From NCBI GenBank assembly GCA_963745835.1, contig CAVUZH010000016.1, positions 224,001 through 288,000 of the forward strand: 64,000 nucleotides of DNA, read 5' to 3'. Under the pieces are notes generated by a model. That model ran no database searches, was not told where the DNA came from, and saw only the letters and a program-made list of their open reading frames with translations. The first letter of the stretch is position 1, and each line of letters starts with the position of its first letter. Below, one piece after another: positions 11,282-21,064 of this stretch. The translations under genes and the position numbers were made by a program. The DNA is from an uncultured delta proteobacterium (lineage in GTDB: Bacteria > Desulfobacterota > Binatia > UBA9968).

Positions 11282-11309
11282 GTTTCAACGCGCCGTCGTA
11301 GAAATTGGC

Positions 11310-12686
11310 CTATGCTTCTTCGGCCTCGTCATAGTAGTCGTCATCTCTCCCCGTATAATTTTCAAAACGCGTGAACTCACTGAGGAACGTTAAATTGATG
11401 GTATCAATAGGACCGTTTCTCTGTTTGGCGACGATGACTTCCGCCACGCCCTTCTTGCTCTCGTCGGATTTGTTGTAAACCTCGTCCCGGTAGATAAAGA
11501 TAATCACATCCGCGTCCTGCTCGATGGCGCCGGATTCGCGGAGATCGGACATCACCGGCCTGCGGTCGCCGCGGTCTTCAACCCGGCGGTTGAGTTGAGA
11601 TAGAGCCATTACCGGCACGTTCAACTCTTTGGCCAACGCTTTTAAAGATCGCGAGATTTCTGAAATTTCCTGTTCCCGGTTATTGGCCGCGCCCATTCCG
11701 CGCATCAGTTGCAAGTAATCGACAACGATCAGCCCGATCTTCTTCGAACGATCGCGTACCAGGCGCCTGGCCTTGGCGCGCAGTTCAAGAACTGAGATGG
11801 CCGGAGTATCGTCGATGTAAATGGGCGCTTCGTGGAGGCGTCCGGCCGCTTTGGCCAGCTGCGGAAAGTCGCGTTCGCCTAAATATCCCGACCGAACTTT
11901 TGAGCTGTTGACATGAGCTTCCGAACAGAGCATCCGCAGCACCAGTTGCTCTTTGGCCATTTCCAGTGAGAACACCGCGGCCCCCACTCCGGTGTAGGCC
12001 GCATTGGTGGCGATATTCAGAGCAAATGCCGTTTTCCCCATGCCGGGGCGGCCTGCCACGATGATTAAATCAGCCGGTTGCAGACCGGCGGTTAATTTGT
12101 CCAAGTCTTCGTAACCGGTTGGAACGCCGGTGACCATTTCCTTGCGCTCATACAGCTTCTCAACTGTCTTGAGCGTGTCTTTGATCATGTCTCCCACTGA
12201 TACGAAGGAAGCCTTGATCTTCTTTTCTGAAATGTCGAAGATCACTTTTTCGGCGGTGTCGAGAAATTCCTCGACGTTGCCCTGTTCTTCGTAACCTCGG
12301 GTGGCTATTTCCGTGGCGGCGCCGATCAAGCTGCGCAGGATCGCCTTCTCGCGCACGATGCGAGCATAGTAGGAGATATTAGCGGCGGTAGGCACGAAAT
12401 CCGCGAGCGATGCCAGGTAAGAAGTCCCACCCACCGCTTCGAGCTCGCTTCTGCCTTTGATAAAATCACTGAGCGTGATCAGGTCCACCGGCTCGTTGCG
12501 GTCTAGAAGCTCGATCATGGCCCGGAAGATTTTGCGATGTGATTCGCGGTAAAAATCTTCGGGCCGTAAAACTTCCAACACCACGTTGATGGCATCGTTT
12601 TCGAGCAGAATTCCGCCGAGAACCGAGGATTCGGCTTCAAGATTCTGCGGTGGAACTTTCCGTAGGTTGTCTTCTAAAGCTGCCAT
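11310..12686 (-). CDS. dnaB: replicative DNA helicase (start trimmed to ATG 12686)
   Basis: PPQNLEAE, AGRPGMGKT, VDYLQLM, ALSQLNR, SDLRESGAIEQDAD. Confidence 0.98.
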   Translation of the reverse strand: MAALEDNLRKVPPQNLEAESSVLGGILLENDAINVVLEVLRPEDFYRESHRKIFRAMIELLDRNEPVDLITLSDFIKGRSELEAVGGTSYLASLADFVPTAANISYYARIVREKAILRSLIGAATEIATRGYEEQGNVEEFLDTAEKVIFDISEKKIKASFVSVGDMIKDTLKTVEKLYERKEMVTGVPTGYEDLDKLTAGLQPADLIIVAGRPGMGKTAFALNIATNAAYTGVGAAVFSLEMAKEQLVLRMLCSEAHVNSSKVRSGYLGERDFPQLAKAAGRLHEAPIYIDDTPAISVLELRAKARRLVRDRSKKIGLIVVDYLQLMRGMGAANNREQEISEISRSLKALAKELNVPVMALSQLNRRVEDRGDRRPVMSDLRESGAIEQDADVIIFIYRDEVYNKSDESKKGVAEVIVAKQRNGPIDTINLTFLSEFTRFENYTGRDDDYYDEAEEA

Positions 12687-12821
12687 GAAAGCCGGAGAGA
12701 GAAATCTAACGCGATAGTGTTTTGAAAAATGTTTTTGAATTTGAACCCAACCCCAGTTAAAAAGCAAGAAATATTTCGCCGCATCGCGAGATTATTCAGC
12801 GCGAGTTCTGCGCCAGAGAAT

Positions 12822-12938
12822 TGTTGAAAACAAATGATCTGGCAATTCTGAATTCGAGGCAACTAGTTGCGAGCCGCCGTGAACACCTTGTGCACACGCT
12901 TATCAACAGCGGGCTGTACAAGCGGATTTTTTTCCACG
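12822..12938. promoter_or_regulatory. cluster of DnaA-box-like 9-mers upstream of dnaB
   Basis: 8/9 matches to TTWTNCACA at 12822-12830 (minus), 12888-12896, 12900-12908 and 12930-12938. Confidence 0.5.
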
Positions 12939-12974
12939 CGCCGAACTGTTGCCAATTCGCGGATGACACGAACG

Positions 12975-13331
12975 CTAGAGCGATGGGTAACCAGCTGTGA
13001 CAGTGGTGTGAATGCCGCCGCGAATATTGAAATCGCCGACGACGACGATCTTTCGCGGCCGGCATGCTTCGACAAAATCATCGAGGATTCGGTTGATGAC
13101 GTCTTCGTGAAATGCGCCTTCAGCGCGATAAGACCACAGATAGAGCTTTAGAGACTTGAGTTCGACGCAAAGCTGATCGGGTATGTAGCGGATTCGGATG
13201 GTCGCGAAATCCGGCTGACCGGTGCGCGGGCAGACGCAAGTAAACTCCGGGGCTTCCATATTGATTTCATAGTCGCGCACCGGGTGTGGGTTGGGAAAGG
13301 TTTCTAATCGTTTGCTTGGAACAGTCGGCAT
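12975..13331 (-). CDS. queF: preQ1 synthase (7-cyano-7-deazaguanine reductase), unimodular
   Basis: [32 protein letters not shown]. Confidence 0.97.
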   Translation of the reverse strand: MPTVPSKRLETFPNPHPVRDYEINMEAPEFTCVCPRTGQPDFATIRIRYIPDQLCVELKSLKLYLWSYRAEGAFHEDVINRILDDFVEACRPRKIVVVGDFNIRGGIHTTVTAGYPSL

Positions 13332-13452
13332 GCAAGCATCCTAGCGCACGGTTATAGGCTTTGCCAATTCACCAGAAATATTGACACCGTCGATAGCCGA
13401 TGATAAACGCGCCATAGATCCAAATCAGCAGACCTGTTCTAAGAGGTAGCAC

Positions 13453-14241
13453 GTGAACAAGCCGCGAGAACCGCGAGCGGGTGAGAAGCTAAGCGCTCAA
13501 GAAGCAAAGGCCTACGTCGAGTATCTCTATTTGACGCTCGCCAAAGCATCGCATGAGAAAATTCACAATGGGCCTTTCATGAGTCAATTGCGCGATGGAA
13601 CTTTACCCCTGCCGGTGATCCGCCAATATTTCAAAAACTGGGGACATTTCTCGATGGAGGCCAATGGCCTGGATGCGGTCTCTTACTACACTCATCTCCC
13701 CTTTTTCGTTCGCAATTTCGACCTGCTGGGACCTTTCTGCGCCAAGGTCGCCGACAGATTGATTTATCCCAAGGCGCCCGGACACGTGCTTCTGCTGTTG
13801 CAGACTGCAGAAGCGTTGGGGCTCAGCCGAAAAGAAATGTTGGAAGACCCTTATCTGCCAGCGGCGCGCGCGATCAATGACTTCTGCCATAAGATTTTCA
13901 TGGATGGATCCATCGCCGAACTCTGGGGTCTCCATGTTTGCGAAGAATCTCTGTCTCGCTGGATGGGCGAATGGTACACCGCTTTGACGGCAAAGTACGG
14001 CTTTATCAGGGAGCAGGCGCTTTACTTTTCCACTCGTGAAAAAGCCGAGGCAAACAGAGGCAATCTACGCGCAGTTGACGACAAAATGGGCGGCGGCGGA
14101 TTTAATCGGACCGTCCTCGAACGCGTCCTCCAGGACCAACTAGAATTTCGCGCCGGCTATACCATCGAATACTGCGCCTTAACGATGATCGAGCTGCACG
14201 CACAAATGCTGCAAGCCGCGATGGACAACCCGTACCCGTGA
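13453..14241 (+). CDS. TenA/PqqC/heme-oxygenase-like fold protein with apparently degenerate metal ligands
   Basis: PFMSQLRDGTL N-terminus, GH..LL...EALGLS, YGF...ALYFST pattern of the HO-like superfamily. Confidence 0.6.
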   Translation: MNKPREPRAGEKLSAQEAKAYVEYLYLTLAKASHEKIHNGPFMSQLRDGTLPLPVIRQYFKNWGHFSMEANGLDAVSYYTHLPFFVRNFDLLGPFCAKVADRLIYPKAPGHVLLLLQTAEALGLSRKEMLEDPYLPAARAINDFCHKIFMDGSIAELWGLHVCEESLSRWMGEWYTALTAKYGFIREQALYFSTREKAEANRGNLRAVDDKMGGGGFNRTVLERVLQDQLEFRAGYTIEYCALTMIELHAQMLQAAMDNPYP

Positions 14242-14320
14242 ATGAGGATTGGCGATCAAGATCGCCGTGGTATCGCGGGTTGCGGCAACATCCATGGCAA
14301 TATCGACGATCGCGCCTTAG

Positions 14321-15397
14321 CTAGCGCACCTGGCCGCCAGGCAAGTGCGCAAACGCGCTCATCTCGTTAGGGAAGCATACCGGCGGCGCTTTACATACAT
14401 ATTTTTCTGAGATCTGATCGATTCGGGTTACACCGAGCAGGCCCATATCGATGATCAGCTCTTCTTCGAGCAACTCGAGGACCCGAACCAAGCCGGCTTG
14501 TCCACCGGCCCCTAGACCCCAACCCTGAAGCTTGCCGATTGTTACTGCTTTGCATCCAAGCGCCAACGCTTTCAAAACATCCGTGCCGCGTAAAATACTT
14601 CCATCAAGAATGACGTCGGCCTTGCCGCGCGCGACTTGAACGATCTCAGGCAGCACATCCATGGTTCCGCGTCCATGATCGAGCTGGCGGCCGCCATGAT
14701 TGGAAATATAAATCACGTCAACTCCGTGATCGAGCGCGATCTTGGCATCTTCAGCCGTCGCAACCCCTTTGAGAATAAACGGCAGCCCGGCCATCTTCTT
14801 GATGGCTGCCATCATTTCCCAGGTCAGGGTCGCTTGAAAGTGGCGTGTCGTTTCAGTGCGCTTGTTGGGCGGCAACCAACGATTCATCATCTGGCGCTCG
14901 CGCCGACTGTAATGAGCCGTGTCGACAGTAAGACACAACGCCATGTACCCGGCCCGTTTCACCCGCTCGATGATTTCCTCACACCAGTCCAGGCCACCGC
15001 GAATGTAGAGCTGGAATATCTTTGGATGATTCGTGCTTGCCGCGATTTCCTCCAGACTGGGCTGGGTTACCGAACTGACAAAATTCATCGTGCCGAACTC
15101 CGCTGCGGCTTTTGCGACCGCGACACCGCCTTCCGCGGTAATCGTTTGCAGCGAGCCGATGGGCGCCATCATCACGGGAATTCGCAGCTTCTGCCCCAGG
15201 AAAGTCGTCGAGGTGTCGATCTTCGAAACATCCACGCAGATTCGCGGGCACAACGCGAGACTATCGAATGCGATGCGGTTGCGCCTCATGGTTGTTTCAG
15301 ACTCAGCGCCGCCACTCAAGTAATCCCAAATATCCTGTGTGAGATTGCGCCGCGCCGCTAGAATGATTTCTTGGTTAGTGACAAAATCGATGCTCAT
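14321..15397 (-). CDS. FMN-dependent alpha-hydroxy-acid oxidase/dehydrogenase
   Basis: DYLSGGAESE, ILKG, ISNHGGRQLDHG, DGSILRGTDVLKALALG. Confidence 0.93.
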   Translation of the reverse strand: MSIDFVTNQEIILAARRNLTQDIWDYLSGGAESETTMRRNRIAFDSLALCPRICVDVSKIDTSTTFLGQKLRIPVMMAPIGSLQTITAEGGVAVAKAAAEFGTMNFVSSVTQPSLEEIAASTNHPKIFQLYIRGGLDWCEEIIERVKRAGYMALCLTVDTAHYSRRERQMMNRWLPPNKRTETTRHFQATLTWEMMAAIKKMAGLPFILKGVATAEDAKIALDHGVDVIYISNHGGRQLDHGRGTMDVLPEIVQVARGKADVILDGSILRGTDVLKALALGCKAVTIGKLQGWGLGAGGQAGLVRVLELLEEELIIDMGLLGVTRIDQISEKYVCKAPPVCFPNEMSAFAHLPGGQVR

Positions 15398-15628
15398 CAG
15401 AGATCTCCTTTTTCAGTCATGCGAGTTTTGGATCACCTTCAACTCGATCGGCGAGAGATTATCTAACAGGCCGGCCAAGGTCAAACCAGAGATGATTCGA
15501 GTGGACTACGCGATCTACATGGCGGCAAATTGATCATCAAGAGAGATAGTGATGCGCTCTGCCACATGTTAGATTGACGCTGTTTAGGTGATAACAGATG
15601 CTGAAGCCCAATAACGAATCGAGACAAA

Positions 15629-15928
15629 ATGGCGATACCCTGGTTTCAAATCGTTAAACTGGTTCCCGAAATCGTATCCTTATCTAAGCAGCTCCTACAG
15701 CAGACCAGAACCGACCAATCATCCGGGGCTAAGCCGCTTGAGGCTAGGGTCGCCGAGCTCGAGCTCAATGAACGAAAGCAAGCCGAGCTCGTAGCCAGCA
15801 TGGCTCAACAACTAGCGGCGATGACCGATGCCCTCACCGCCCTGCGCAAACAGTTTGCGGCATTTCGACTGATTTCGATAATCTCCCTAATATCAGCCAT
15901 AGGGGCAATCATACTGGCGTTGGCTTAA
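15629..15928 (+). CDS. hypothetical coiled-coil protein with C-terminal TM helix
   Basis: Heptad-rich middle region, hydrophobic C-terminus. Confidence 0.65.
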   Translation: MAIPWFQIVKLVPEIVSLSKQLLQQTRTDQSSGAKPLEARVAELELNERKQAELVASMAQQLAAMTDALTALRKQFAAFRLISIISLISAIGAIILALA

Positions 15929-15963
15929 ATTTCCCGCGTCCTAAACAAGCACCCGCAACAATC

Positions 15964-16566
15964 ATGGAACCCCCCGACACCATCCGCGAATACTGGTTCG
16001 GCACCGCCTTGGAGAATGCCGCTGTCACGGCTCGCCAACGGGCACGGTTGTGGTGGTCGAAAAACCCGGAAGTTGATAATGAAATTCGCCGGCGCTTTGA
16101 GAGCTGGGTAATCAAGGCCGGATCGGGAGAGTTAGACAATTGGGAATTGAATCCGCAGGACCGGCTCGCGCTAATACTGCTTACAGATCAATTTCCCCGA
16201 AGTATCTATCGCGATTCGGCCAAAGCTTTCGCATTTGACAGCAAAGCGTTGTCTCTTGCTCACACCGGCATTGACGCCGGGTTCGATGCTGCCTTGCGCC
16301 CCCTCGAAAAGGTATTTTTTTACCTGCCGCTGGAACATTCGGAATCATTTGCAGATCAACAGCGATCCGTAAGTCTGTTTCAGAAACTGGTCGATGACGC
16401 CAGCCCGGATCAGAAGCCCACGTTTGTAGAATATCTCGACTTTGCCGTGCGCCATCGAGATATCATCAGCCGCTTTGGCCGCTTTCCGCATAGAAACAAG
16501 GCGCTGGGGCGAATCTCAACCCCCGAGGAACTGTCGTTCCTGCAACAGCCTGGGTCAGGATTTTAG
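15964..16566 (+). CDS. DUF924 family protein
   Basis: ILLTDQFPRSIYR, FFYLPLEHSE, RFGRFPHRNKALGR. Confidence 0.93.
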   Translation: MEPPDTIREYWFGTALENAAVTARQRARLWWSKNPEVDNEIRRRFESWVIKAGSGELDNWELNPQDRLALILLTDQFPRSIYRDSAKAFAFDSKALSLAHTGIDAGFDAALRPLEKVFFYLPLEHSESFADQQRSVSLFQKLVDDASPDQKPTFVEYLDFAVRHRDIISRFGRFPHRNKALGRISTPEELSFLQQPGSGF

Positions 16567-16632
16567 ATTCTGATTGACGGCCAGCGCATTTCACCCAATT
16601 CATAGGTAAATCCCGCCATCGACTGCTATGGA

Positions 16633-17583
16633 TTAGGGCCGGAGCAAAATCTTTCGCGCTCCGCGGCGCTCGGCATGTTGGATCGCTTCGATGCCATGCT
16701 CGAGCGGATAAACTTGCTCAATTAGAGGCGCCACCGATACGTGGTTGGCGGCGAGCGCTTCCAGCGCGTCAGGAAAAACACCGCAGCGCGAACCTATTAG
16801 ATTGATTTCATTGATCACCACCGGCGCCAACGATACCTGATGAGCTCCGGCAATGGTGCTTTTCAACACGAGTGTCCCGCGCGGCCGCACCGCGCTGATC
16901 GCCAGTTCAAGCCCGGCGGCGGAACCAGTCGCTTCGACGACGACATCGAAAAGGCGGGGCCTCCAATCGTTTAGCAGCATCGTCCGCACTCCGGTCCGCT
17001 TGATCAGATCGAGCTTGTCTTGGTGTCTGCCCAGCGCCGTCACCTTCGCTCCCGTATGCCGCAGGACCTGGGCGCAAAGATTGCCGAGCTTACCATCGCC
17101 GAGGATCAGGATCTCATCGCCCATGCTAATTTGAATTTGTCGAAGTATCTCAAAGGCGGCGGCGAGAGGTTCAGTGAAAACTGCCTGTTCATCACTGATG
17201 GAACTCGGCACTGGATGAAGATTTTCTACCGGCACAGCAACATATTCGGCGAACGCGCCGTCGGCATTGAGAATACCCATGACGGCTCTGTTCGGGCAAT
17301 GGCGGTTTAGATCACGGGCGCAAAATTCGCACTTGCCGCAGCCGAAGTTGATTTCGCCAACGACCCTCTTGTCTAACCATTCTTTGGGTCCCTGACTGAC
17401 CGAGCCGACGAACTCGTGGCCCGGCACCCCGCGAAACTTCATGTAGCCTTTGAAGATTTGCAGATCCGTGGCACAGATACCGGCGAGATGAACTTTGACG
17501 ATTGCGGTGTCTTGGTCAGGAACAGGCAGCGAGTAAGCGGAATCGAGGCTTACTACATTACCATCCCAAAAAATCGCCTTCAT
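16633..17583 (-). CDS. zinc-dependent alcohol dehydrogenase (MDR family)
   Basis: GICATD, PGHEFVG, CGKCEFC...C, GDGKLG. Confidence 0.92.
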   Translation of the reverse strand: MKAIFWDGNVVSLDSAYSLPVPDQDTAIVKVHLAGICATDLQIFKGYMKFRGVPGHEFVGSVSQGPKEWLDKRVVGEINFGCGKCEFCARDLNRHCPNRAVMGILNADGAFAEYVAVPVENLHPVPSSISDEQAVFTEPLAAAFEILRQIQISMGDEILILGDGKLGNLCAQVLRHTGAKVTALGRHQDKLDLIKRTGVRTMLLNDWRPRLFDVVVEATGSAAGLELAISAVRPRGTLVLKSTIAGAHQVSLAPVVINEINLIGSRCGVFPDALEALAANHVSVAPLIEQVYPLEHGIEAIQHAERRGARKILLRP

Positions 17584-17595
17584 GGTGTTGCTGTC

Positions 17596-18411
17596 TCATG
17601 ATTTCTTTAGCTCGCGCGCCCATTTCGTCTTCGGCCGTGGAGTTTCCTGGCCGTCAACAACGATGTCGGCGCCGCGCTCGTGAAAGAAGCAGAGCAAACC
17701 CTTGATTTTCGGACATTCGGGAATCGGTTCCATGTAGCCCCATACCATGTCTTCAAATTGCTGCCCGCCCAGTTTAACCGACCAATAGTCTGCCGGTCCT
17801 TTATAAGGGCAGCGTGATTTGGTCGCGCTTGGAACCAATAGATCCATGCGCACGTCTTCTTGCGGGATGTAATAACGAACCGGGTGATTGGTTTCGAAAA
17901 CAAGGCTGGGCCGGCGAGTCTCCGCCACCAGTTGTCCATCGATAAGGATTCGAATGTGCCGTGAGCTGGGCAAAACGTCGACCCTTTTGTACGGATCGCG
18001 GGCATGAACAAAAATCTCTTCATCTTCCTCCAGCCAATGGTCCATTTTGTTCCATTCGAAGGCGAAGTGACTGCGGATTGCGTCCGCCGCGGGCAGTGGG
18101 TCTTGATAGCTCCAGCTGGCATTCTCGGCCCGTTTGCCGCCTTGCCCGATTGACCAGTAAGAAGCTTCGCCTTTGTAGGGACAGCTGCTTCTGCGCTGGC
18201 TCGGAGATAACAACTCGGTTCGGACATCTTCCTGGGGAAAATAATAAACCGGCAGGACCTCTGTCTCACGGACGAGCTTGGCGTGTTTGCTGTCCGCAAT
18301 CGTTTCGCCGTTGTAAATAACCCGCACGTGCCTTGGGCTTTCGCTCACATGGACCCAGTGCCCGGCATCGCCGGTGACCGGCACACGCTGTTGGGTCACA
18401 TTGCTCTTCAT
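17596..18411 (-). CDS. tandem DUF427 domain protein
   Basis: Two copies of YY.P.EDVR...S.CPYKG.A.YWS; start trimmed to ATG 18411 after a GGAG RBS. Confidence 0.9.
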   Translation of the reverse strand: MKSNVTQQRVPVTGDAGHWVHVSESPRHVRVIYNGETIADSKHAKLVRETEVLPVYYFPQEDVRTELLSPSQRRSSCPYKGEASYWSIGQGGKRAENASWSYQDPLPAADAIRSHFAFEWNKMDHWLEEDEEIFVHARDPYKRVDVLPSSRHIRILIDGQLVAETRRPSLVFETNHPVRYYIPQEDVRMDLLVPSATKSRCPYKGPADYWSVKLGGQQFEDMVWGYMEPIPECPKIKGLLCFFHERGADIVVDGQETPRPKTKWARELKKS

Positions 18412-18419
18412 CGTCGCTC

Positions 18420-19373
18420 CTAACTGAGTTTCGCCAGCTTCTGCAAACAACGAAGCTCCCGCGGCGGCTTTAGATGTTGACCCATAATGGTCCAGGAAAC
18501 CTCGCCGACATAGATATCGCCGCGCGAATCTATGGCAATCCCGTGCGGCGCGATGAATTGACCTGGTGCTTCGCCCGCATTGATATCACCGAGCCGGGCC
18601 AAGCGGTTGCCTGCCTTATTATAGATATCCAGCCGGTGCCCGAGATTCGGCGCATCCTTATTCACCGAATACCCCGGCCCGAGTTCGCCGACATAGCAAA
18701 GCGGATCTTGGCGAGCGCCGTCCATGTAGAGAGCGCAAGGACGATGCATGTTGTTCCATTGGGTTTCGTACTTGCCGTTGGGATCAAATATTTGGATGCG
18801 ATTATTTTCGCGATCCGCGACGTAAACCCAACCGTCTCGATCAGTGCAGATATTATGGACAATGTTGAACTGCCCCGGATCGGCGCCGGACTCTCCCCAG
18901 GACAGCAGCAGCTTCCCGTCGGGTGAATACTTGTGAACCCGCGAGTTGCCGTAACCGTCGGAAACGTAGATCTCTTCCCTGGGAGACAAAGCCACGTGGG
19001 TGCAACGATTGAAAGGCTCGCCACTTTGGTAAGGCGCCGGCTTGCCCGCCATACCGAGGGTAAGGAGAATCTTGCCATCCAAAGTGCATTTGCGCACCGT
19101 GTGATCACCGTCATCGGTAAGATAGATCGTGTCATCGCGCCCCATGGTTACGCCGTGGGCGCGTTTGAACTTGCCCTCGCCCCAGGAACGCAAAAAATTG
19201 CCGTGCCGGTCAAAGACGATCACCGGATGCGCGCCCCGCGTAAAGCAGTACACATTATCGTTCTTGTCGACGCCGACGGAGGCGACTTCATGAAAAGTCC
19301 ACCCATCCGGAAGCTTGCCCCAGCACTCGATTACTTCGTAGCGAAATTCTCCGCTGCCTAAAATGACGCTCAT
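18420..19373 (-). CDS. NHL-repeat peptidyl-alpha-hydroxyglycine amidating lyase-like protein
   Basis: YVSDGYGNSRVHKY, GQFNIVH, VADRENNRIQIFD, APHGIAID. Confidence 0.9.
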   Translation of the reverse strand: MSVILGSGEFRYEVIECWGKLPDGWTFHEVASVGVDKNDNVYCFTRGAHPVIVFDRHGNFLRSWGEGKFKRAHGVTMGRDDTIYLTDDGDHTVRKCTLDGKILLTLGMAGKPAPYQSGEPFNRCTHVALSPREEIYVSDGYGNSRVHKYSPDGKLLLSWGESGADPGQFNIVHNICTDRDGWVYVADRENNRIQIFDPNGKYETQWNNMHRPCALYMDGARQDPLCYVGELGPGYSVNKDAPNLGHRLDIYNKAGNRLARLGDINAGEAPGQFIAPHGIAIDSRGDIYVGEVSWTIMGQHLKPPRELRCLQKLAKLS

Positions 19374-19416
19374 AAATCTTTTTCCTGACCGCTATCGATA
19401 AGCGAGCGGCGGTTTT

Positions 19417-19731
19417 TCATTCCGCCTCATGAGCATAGACTTGACGCCATGCTTCGAAACCGCCGCTCATGCTGGCGACATTCTTAAAACCGTTCTCGAT
19501 CAAGTAGGCTGCCGCGCCGAGACTGCTGTTACCGTGATAGCAGTAAACCACGACCGGCTTTTGTTTGTCCGTATTCTGAACGAACTCTTGCACATTGCCG
19601 TCGTGCAGATGCAGCGCTCCTGGAATGTGCGCCGCCTGGTAAGAGCCCGGATCGCGAACATCGACGAAAAACGCGTTTTCCTGATCGAGCCGCTCTTTGG
19701 CTTGGTGAATCTCTATCTGCGGAATCTCCAT
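19417..19731 (-). CDS. glpE: single-domain rhodanese (thiosulfate sulfurtransferase)
   Basis: VDVRD...HIPGALH, YCYHGNSS active site, GGFEAW; start trimmed to ATG 19731. Confidence 0.88.
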   Translation of the reverse strand: MEIPQIEIHQAKERLDQENAFFVDVRDPGSYQAAHIPGALHLHDGNVQEFVQNTDKQKPVVVYCYHGNSSLGAAAYLIENGFKNVASMSGGFEAWRQVYAHEAE

Positions 19732-19847
19732 ATCATTTTCCTCGCCTAATGATGTCCTTCTATCAAGGCCCATCGGCACTGTCCACAGCGTTGGGATTTC
19801 CCGGCTTCCATATGCCGCGGGCAACTCAGCTGCTATAATCCGGCGCC

Positions 19848-21044
19848 ATGAAACTTTCCCCGCTCTGGTTTTTTTCTCTCGCTGCGGTGTGTTCGATTGC
19901 GGGTTCATCGGGCGCGGCAATGCTCGCGCCTTTTTCCATGTCGGCCCGTGGCTATTCCGTCGCGCTGGCCGGAATTCCACTGGTTGTCAATGGCGCCGGT
20001 CGGGTCTGCTCAGATTTGTCATCGGGCGTGCTGGCATCGTATTTCAGTTCCGGCATGCTGATCATTGCCGCCTCGCTGTTTGCGCTGATCATCAGCAGCC
20101 TGAGCATTCTCTTTCTTCACACCACCGCGGTTTTTCTCGCCGCTTTTACATTTTTAGGCATGACCGAAGCGATGTTTGCCCTATCGATCCGCAAGATCGC
20201 CTTCGACAAGTCCGAACCAGGACAACAGGGCCGCGCTCAGGGGCAAGTTGCATCGGCTCTCGGTATCGGGTTCGCCATAGGTCCGCTGCTGGGCGGATTT
20301 GCCGGGAAGATTTTTGGACCCGACGCTTTGTTCGTGGTGTATGCCGCGCCGCAACTTTTAAGCTTGTTGTTTCTTCTTCTCGGAGGCGCCCTTCGTTCAG
20401 GCAAGATCACTCAAGAGCCTTCCGTCCGAATCCTGCGCGAAGGTCAGAAGCTGCTCAGCTCTCCGTCCTTCCTGGCCTCTTGCCTGGCGATCTTTCAATC
20501 GTTTCTCTTTCTGGTGGGAGTTACCCGGGTGGCCTTTCCCTTCTTGGCCGCCAATCAACGCGGCTTGGGGCTTGATTGGGTTGGAACCATGGTTTCAATC
20601 TCCCGTCTGGCCGATACAGCCGGGCGTTACAGCGGCGGTTGGTTATGCGATCGTATCAGACCGCAGCGGGTGATTCTGCTGGGTATTCTGATTGGCATCC
20701 CGATGTTTGTCCTGCAGGTTTACGGCCACGGAGTAGCGACACTCCTGATTCCTTTGTGCGTGATGACCATGGGGTTCGGCTACACCAACGTCGGCGCCAC
20801 CACGTTTGCGTTGCAATCCGCCGGCAGCGCCGGCAAAGGGCTGAGCCTCGGGCTTAGCCGTGCGTCCACTTCAATGGGCCAGATGCTGGGCCCGTTGTTA
20901 GCAGGGTTTCTGGTAGAAACGCTCGGCTATGAGCATGGATTTGAAACCATGGCGGCCATTTCCGCGGTGGTGCTGTTTGTCGTCTGGACCGGCCTGAAGA
21001 AAAAACCGGCCGGAGCCTTTACGGACACCGGCCGGTCTAACTGA
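19848..21044 (+). CDS. MFS transporter
   Basis: About 12 hydrophobic segments; GWLCDRIRPQR and IGPLLGG motifs. Confidence 0.88.
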   Translation: MKLSPLWFFSLAAVCSIAGSSGAAMLAPFSMSARGYSVALAGIPLVVNGAGRVCSDLSSGVLASYFSSGMLIIAASLFALIISSLSILFLHTTAVFLAAFTFLGMTEAMFALSIRKIAFDKSEPGQQGRAQGQVASALGIGFAIGPLLGGFAGKIFGPDALFVVYAAPQLLSLLFLLLGGALRSGKITQEPSVRILREGQKLLSSPSFLASCLAIFQSFLFLVGVTRVAFPFLAANQRGLGLDWVGTMVSISRLADTAGRYSGGWLCDRIRPQRVILLGILIGIPMFVLQVYGHGVATLLIPLCVMTMGFGYTNVGATTFALQSAGSAGKGLSLGLSRASTSMGQMLGPLLAGFLVETLGYEHGFETMAAISAVVLFVVWTGLKKKPAGAFTDTGRSN

Positions 21045-21064
21045 CCAAAGATACTCGGATCGCC

